From an uncultured candidate division Zixibacteria bacterium (lineage in GTDB: Bacteria > Zixibacteria > MSB-5A5 > GN15 > PGXB01): a stretch of DNA of 64,000 bases. A model generated the notes under the pieces. That model made no database searches, was not told the DNA's origin, and worked only from the letters and a program-made list of their open reading frames with translations. Each line of letters begins with the position of its first letter. Position 1 is the stretch's first letter. This document shows, piece after piece, positions 58,951-64,000 of the stretch. The position numbers were made by a program, and so were the translations under genes. The DNA is taken from NCBI GenBank assembly GCA_963702205.1, contig OY969724.1, forward strand, positions 3,136,001 to 3,200,000, written 5' to 3'.

Positions 58951-60717
58951 ATGAGCAACTACCACAAAACTTCCGCATTCGCGGTCCTCTGCATGATTTT
59001 CATCTGTGCTCCGATCATCAATGCCGCCAATGTCTTCATCGACGCCCAGGTGACGTCGCTGGGGTCCAATCCCAATGTCGTTAAAATGGGCGATGACTTC
59101 ACGATCGACATCTATATGCAAAATTCGTCCGGCGGCGTCATCAACGGCTACAGCAGCACCTGGATCATATACAGCCCCACCGGGGCCAATGTCAGTTATA
59201 TCGATCTGGGTGGAGGAACCTATGGTTTCCCGAGCATGATCCTTCCCAGCGATGGCTGGCTGCCATCATTTACTCCCGGTGCATACTACTGGACCACGCT
59301 GAACACGTACACGCTGTTCGGCATGGACGGTAATTTGCCGGATACGTTTAACCATACAACCGTGGGAATTCCTCCCAATTCCGCCTGGCCCGCATCCGAC
59401 AATACGCGCCAGCTGCGTTTTCAGATCGGCATGCACGGCGACGAGGGCGGTACGATTTGTATCGATTCCACAAGCTATGCGCCCAACCCGGATTACAACT
59501 GGCTCTGGCTGGCACCGTCAGTACCGGAATGGGTGGGCGATGCGTTCTGTTTTGAAGTCGTCGCCCCTGCCCCGCCTATCCTGGCTCCTATCGGCGACCA
59601 GTCCGTAACCGAGGGTGATACGCTGACGCTGAATCTTTCGGCGACCGACGCCGACAGTGAAGACCTTACTTTTTCGGTGGCGCCGCCGGTCCCGCACGCA
59701 ACGCTCACGGATCACCATAATAAAACCGCGACATACAAATTTATGCCCGATTTTAATCAGGATGGGGACATCAATGTCACCTTCACCGTCTCTGATGGTG
59801 TTCTTACCGATGACGAAACGATCACGATAACCGTAATCGACGCGCCCGACTCCGACAACGACGGTTTTGCGGATAATAAAGACAACTGCCCGACGACCTA
59901 CAATCCCAACCAGAAGGATACCGATCACGACAGCATCGGCGATGTCTGCGACAACTGCCCATCGGTCGCCAATTTCGATCAGTCGGATTTTGACGGCGAC
60001 GGTGATGGTGATTTGTGCGACGCCGACGACGACAATGATGGTATCGACGACGTCGCCGACAACTGCCAGTTCGGATATAATCCCGGGCAGGAAGACGCCG
60101 ACGGCGACGGTATGGGTGACGCCTGTGACCCCGACGACGACGATGACGGCATTCTCGACGACGGCGACGGCAGTGGTGTCGCCGGAGATTTCCCATGCAC
60201 CGGAGGGCTGACCGGTAATTGTGACGACAACTGCCCGACCACGTACAACCCGGATCAGACCGACGATAATTCCAACGGCGTCGGTGACGTCTGTGAAGCC
60301 GACATTGATGGTGACGGCGTTCTGAACGCCAACGACAACTGCCCGTACACGTACAATCCCGGTCAGGAAAACAACGACGAAGACTCAGAAGGTGACGTCT
60401 GTGACCCTGACGACGACAACGACGGTGTCCCGGATATAAGTGACAACTGCGTGTTGGTCTACAATCCGGATCAGAGCGATTTTAATGGCAATGGCGTCGG
60501 TGATGCCTGCGATTATAAATGCGGCGATGTCAATATCGACGGATATGTAAATCTGATCGACATACTTTATATTCTTAACTACTTGTATCAAATACCGCCC
60601 GGACCAGATCCCTATTTTCCGGCTTCGGATACCAACGGGGACGGGACATTAAACTTGATTGACGCAATTTACTTGATTAACCATTTATACAGGGACGGCC
60701 CGGTTCCGATATGTTAG
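58951..60717 (+). CDS. Secreted protein: cohesin-like domain, Ig/cadherin-like domain, thrombospondin type-3 repeats, dockerin
   Basis: Signal peptide; multiple DNCP..YNP.Q.D.D.DG.GD.CD repeats; C-terminal CGDVNIDGYVNLIDI and DTNGDGTLNLIDA; GGAGG SD. Confidence 0.88.
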   Translation: MSNYHKTSAFAVLCMIFICAPIINAANVFIDAQVTSLGSNPNVVKMGDDFTIDIYMQNSSGGVINGYSSTWIIYSPTGANVSYIDLGGGTYGFPSMILPSDGWLPSFTPGAYYWTTLNTYTLFGMDGNLPDTFNHTTVGIPPNSAWPASDNTRQLRFQIGMHGDEGGTICIDSTSYAPNPDYNWLWLAPSVPEWVGDAFCFEVVAPAPPILAPIGDQSVTEGDTLTLNLSATDADSEDLTFSVAPPVPHATLTDHHNKTATYKFMPDFNQDGDINVTFTVSDGVLTDDETITITVIDAPDSDNDGFADNKDNCPTTYNPNQKDTDHDSIGDVCDNCPSVANFDQSDFDGDGDGDLCDADDDNDGIDDVADNCQFGYNPGQEDADGDGMGDACDPDDDDDGILDDGDGSGVAGDFPCTGGLTGNCDDNCPTTYNPDQTDDNSNGVGDVCEADIDGDGVLNANDNCPYTYNPGQENNDEDSEGDVCDPDDDNDGVPDISDNCVLVYNPDQSDFNGNGVGDACDYKCGDVNIDGYVNLIDILYILNYLYQIPPGPDPYFPASDTNGDGTLNLIDAIYLINHLYRDGPVPIC

Positions 60718-61227
60718 TGCCGGCAGTGTGATGAATTTCTGGAGATTAAAAATAAATGGGGTATATGTACGATCATATGCCCCGTTTTGATAACTTTATA
60801 GTAAGATATTAGCATGATAAATGTTTTCAGAAACCCGACATGGAATGTCGGGCCACTTCGGCCCTTCCAGCCTCTTTTAAACTGTTTTAAATAAGACCAA
60901 ATGGCGCCGAAGCGAATCTCAAACAGGCAAAAACCTGTTGATATTTGAACCAAATGCGCTATATTTTATTTAGACTTGAGAAACAGGTTGTAAGGCAATT
61001 TCAACCAAAGATCAGACTCTGCTTCGCCTTATTATTCGTTGAACGCCCAGGAGAGTGTATGAAATGTTTTAGACATTTCCTGATTAAGTGCATTCTACAT
61101 ATATATGCCCTAATTATTTTGGCTGCTATAGCCCAATTGATTTCTTCCGATCGAGTAATGATTGATCAATTGCGCAAAGTATTTTTTTGCGGTCAGCAAA
61201 CTTGATGATTATTTGGCAGGAGGGATT

Positions 61228-62301
61228 ATGAGACAATCTTTAAAGACGTTTTTAATCTTCGTCCTTTTGGGCATTCCCGCAATATTATATGCGGATATTT
61301 GCGGAGACCCCAACGCTGACGGCAATATCAACATACTTGATATAGTTTATCTGGTAAACTACTGTTATTCTTCTCCTCCCGGTTAGCCTCCCGTAGAATG
61401 GGATGATGGCGATGTTAACAATGACGAGGAAATCAATCTGTTGGATATTTTGTATTTGATTGACTATACGTTCGGCGACCCCCAAGGACCTGAACCGCAA
61501 TGTTCAGGGACGGTCCCCGGCGAGGAATATATCGCTAACGTTTTTATTGACGCTGAGGTTACTTCAGAAGGCGATAACCCTGATGTCGTGGAAAAGGGCG
61601 ATAATTTCACAATTGATATTTATATGCAAAATTCATCAGGTTTTAAAGTCTATGGTTACAGCTGTACCTGGAAAATTTATAGTCCGACCGGTAACAATGT
61701 AACCTATGTGGATATGGGGGGTGAAACTTATGACGTGCCAAGTATGATTTTGCCCTTTGGCGGCTGGCGTCTGTCATCTACGCCCGGCGAGTTTTATTGG
61801 TCGCTTTTAAACTCTTACACCATGTTCAATATGGATGGAATCTTGCCCGATACATTTAGCCACGTTGCAATCGACATTCCTAATTTACCAAATAGTGGAA
61901 TATGGCCGGAAACGGATAATTTGCGAGAACTTCGCTTTCAAATAGGAATGAATTGCGCTGAGGCCGGGATTATCTGCATCGATTCTATCGACTATTCGCC
62001 GAATTCAAACTACGACTGGTTATGGGCTCCTCATTCTGATCCTGAATGGCTTGGAGAAGCCCTTTGTGTCAATATTGTCGATTCCTTACTCTGCGGTGAT
62101 ACTAATAGCGATGGCAATGTCAATCTGCTGGATATTCTCATAATTATTGGATATTTATATGCAGATCCCCCGGGCTATCCCCCTGTGCCCTGGGATGCCG
62201 GCGATGTCAATAATGACGGGAAAATTAACCTCCTGGATATTCTGTACTTGATTTCATACCTATACGTTTCGCCGCCAGGCCCGGACCCACATTGTATATG
62301 A
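61228..62301 (+). CDS. Secreted dockerin - cohesin-like - dockerin protein interrupted by an in-frame TAG at 61384-61386 (pseudogene or base error)
   Basis: Signal peptide, then CGDPNADGNINILDI..PPG*PPVEWDDGDVNND in a single frame; central domain paralogous to the N-terminus of 58951; second dockerin at the C-terminus. Confidence 0.82.
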
Positions 62302-62381
62302 TAAAGGGCCAACAATGCCGATGAAGTGCGTGCTCGAACATGCACCCTATCCAAAATATATTTCGCGCGATATAATTTAAA

Positions 62382-62455
62382 TACCCCCGGCAGGACTCGA
62401 ACCTGCTACCCTCTGCTTAGAAGGCAGATGCTCTATCCACATGAGCTACGGGGGC
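62382..62455 (-). tRNA. tRNA-Arg(TCT)
   Basis: GCCCCCG acceptor stem, TAGCTCA..GGATAGAGC D-arm, TCTGC-CTTCTAA-GCAGA anticodon arm, GGTTCGAGTCC T-loop; CCA not encoded. Confidence 0.96.
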
Positions 62456-62637
62456 ATTGGATTTTCTCAGAACAGTCTGCGTCAGGAATCTACAGGATTC
62501 GCCCGGTATTGGCAATAGATTTTTGATCGGGACTTAAAGCACGGTCAAAATCCACCGCTTGCGAATGCTCGCGGGAAAGCAACTATATATCTGCCGATGG
62601 CCAGTTTTCGTTTACTGCTCCAATTATGCATCGGACG

Positions 62638-63750
62638 CTATTTAAAATACAGCCGTAAATCGATCTGGAAGCGGTCGAAATTCAGTTTGCGGTTTAAGTC
62701 CACGATGCTGTGATAATAAACCAGCCCGGCTTCGGTGTTCGGCGCCAGCATGTACGCCAACCGAGCCTCATGGCCTTTCTGGTTGGTGCCTCCCCCGCCG
62801 AACAAACCGTCGTTGAACTTCCCGATCACCACGTCGCTTTGCATATACCGATAAAAATAACTGAGCTTCCACGTGCCCGGCCCGCCGAGCGTACCCGCAT
62901 GACAACATATCTCATACCCGGTATTGTTGCTGTCGGCGGCGGCATTGCCGGCATAATCGAACGCGAGCACCAACGGAATTGTACTTAGATTATAATCCAA
63001 CTCCAGAAACGCCTCGACAATATCATAATCCCAAAGGTAATTGCCGTTTTCGTCGAGCGTATTGCCGAATCCTCTGGTCGAATCATAGAATGGCTTAAAA
63101 CTTTTGGCATTAATATAGCTGAAGTACGACATCCCCCAGTGCAGTCTGTTCTTGTCGCCACCGAGTGGATAGCTGAAAACACCCTGTATCCAGATGGTGT
63201 ACGAGTCCTTGCCCTTCATGCGTTCTTCGAGCCAGTACCCGGCGAGATTAATTCGGAAATTGAGTTTATCGTAATCGGTCGCATAGGTTGCCGCCAATCC
63301 CTCGGGCGTGACATTTTTCTCCCAGATCATTTCGGCTTCACCCGGCCGGAAAAACGGATCGACCATCTTGCCGCCCCAGATTTCCAAGCCTGAAACGCGC
63401 GTCGCCTTATAATCGAAATAAGCCTGGTCGATATAGACATTCTTGCTCGAAAAGCTGCCGGTCAAAGTCTGATTAACCGCGGTTGGATCAGGCGATCCGG
63501 CCCCGATACGCAGCACCGCCGTCATATCGTCGTTAACCTGACCGACCACTTTAAGCCGGGCGCGGACGCGATGTCGGCTCTGAGAGTAGCTCGTGATTTG
63601 ATCGGTTCCGGAGTTGTACTCTTGGGCGTCGGTTGTCTCGTGTCGGTACCGCATGTCGCCGGAGAGTTTTATGTTGTCGGGCCAGCCCTCGCCTCGCGCC
63701 GAAAAGACAATCGTCAAGAAAGACAGTGTAAGATATATAAATGATTTCAC
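62638..63750 (-). CDS. Putative outer-membrane porin
   Basis: Signal peptide, LSGDMRYR.E..R.RVRARL..DP...NQTL..IDQAY, amphipathic beta strands, terminal RFQIDLRLYFK. Confidence 0.8.
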   Translation of the reverse strand: MKSFIYLTLSFLTIVFSARGEGWPDNIKLSGDMRYRHETTDAQEYNSGTDQITSYSQSRHRVRARLKVVGQVNDDMTAVLRIGAGSPDPTAVNQTLTGSFSSKNVYIDQAYFDYKATRVSGLEIWGGKMVDPFFRPGEAEMIWEKNVTPEGLAATYATDYDKLNFRINLAGYWLEERMKGKDSYTIWIQGVFSYPLGGDKNRLHWGMSYFSYINAKSFKPFYDSTRGFGNTLDENGNYLWDYDIVEAFLELDYNLSTIPLVLAFDYAGNAAADSNNTGYEICCHAGTLGGPGTWKLSYFYRYMQSDVVIGKFNDGLFGGGGTNQKGHEARLAYMLAPNTEAGLVYYHSIVDLNRKLNFDRFQIDLRLYFK

Positions 63751-63860
63751 GGTCGCCTCCACCAAAAGCAGTTTATCTCGACGGGAGAATATATGCGGAG
63801 GTCCGGCATTGTCAACCGGTCAATTTGAGATATAGGTGGTCTGGAGGATTTACCGGTGAA

Positions 63861-64000
63861 TTAGTTTTTGTCGTTAGGATATCGGCCGACCGGCGGAAGA
63901 ACGTCGCGGCCGGTTATAAGTCGTGCCGCCCGGTTGAAAGTCAGATAATTCCAGGCCCACTGCACAAAGACGAAGAGACGGTTTTCGAATTCCACGAGAT
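63861..64000 (-). CDS. ndh: Type II NADH:quinone oxidoreductase, C-terminal fragment cut by the window edge
   Basis: Manual translation gives [30 protein letters not shown]..., typical of the NDH-2 C-terminus. Confidence 0.75.
   Translation of the reverse strand, partial: LVEFENRLFVFVQWAWNYLTFNRAARLITGRDVLPPVGRYPNDKN

Noticed and set aside
59840..60510. Tandem DNA repeats as a separate repeat element
   Set aside because: Fully explained by the encoded thrombospondin type-3 repeats.
61384..61386. Genome-wide TAG reassignment or pyrrolysine
   Set aside because: TAG ends normal genes here (rpsU, yqeY, pilO, the 58951 gene), and no pyl genes are seen.
62382..62410. Integrative element with an att duplicate of the tRNA-Arg 3' end
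   Set aside because: No second copy of the tRNA 3' end and no integrase found by eye in the window.

Overview
This is a bacterial chromosome segment of mostly housekeeping genes with several accessory loci. Non-cellulosomal dockerin-tagged secreted proteins and the gene content suggest an FCB-group lineage such as Zixibacteria (inference only). In order: rpsU-yqeY-cvpA-mutS2-dnaG; a stand-alone motAB; yebC-ruvCAB; a REP-rich block with DUF169 and a DEDDh exonuclease; mtnA-yjbQ-acyl-CoA ligase; an Ig-repeat lipoprotein; a type IV pilus assembly operon (pilM-N-O, an AMIN-PilP fusion, pilQ) with a FimT-like pilin; an S8 protease with PKD/cohesin-like/dockerin domains; ctpA; rlmN; a PhaR-phasin fusion; smpB-amidase-murI-rmuC; a PIG-B-like (GT22) glycosyltransferase; a heme-c sensor phosphorelay with divergent sixA; TetR plus an uncharacterised putative flavoprotein; acs; two paralogous cohesin-like/dockerin proteins; tRNA-Arg(TCT); a porin; and the 3' end of ndh. 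Five genes carry single-base frameshifts (dnaG, mutS2, the Ig lipoprotein, the M24 peptidase, sixA) and one carries an in-frame TAG, most likely assembly errors. Best leads: a possible cohesin-dockerin extracellular assembly without glycoside hydrolases, a REP element translated in frame inside a glycosyltransferase, the AMIN-PilP fusion, a nested-start PhaR/phasin gene, an exported protein with a winged-helix-like motif, and the putative FMN/metal TIM-barrel enzyme. All family assignments are by motif recognition; no searches were run.
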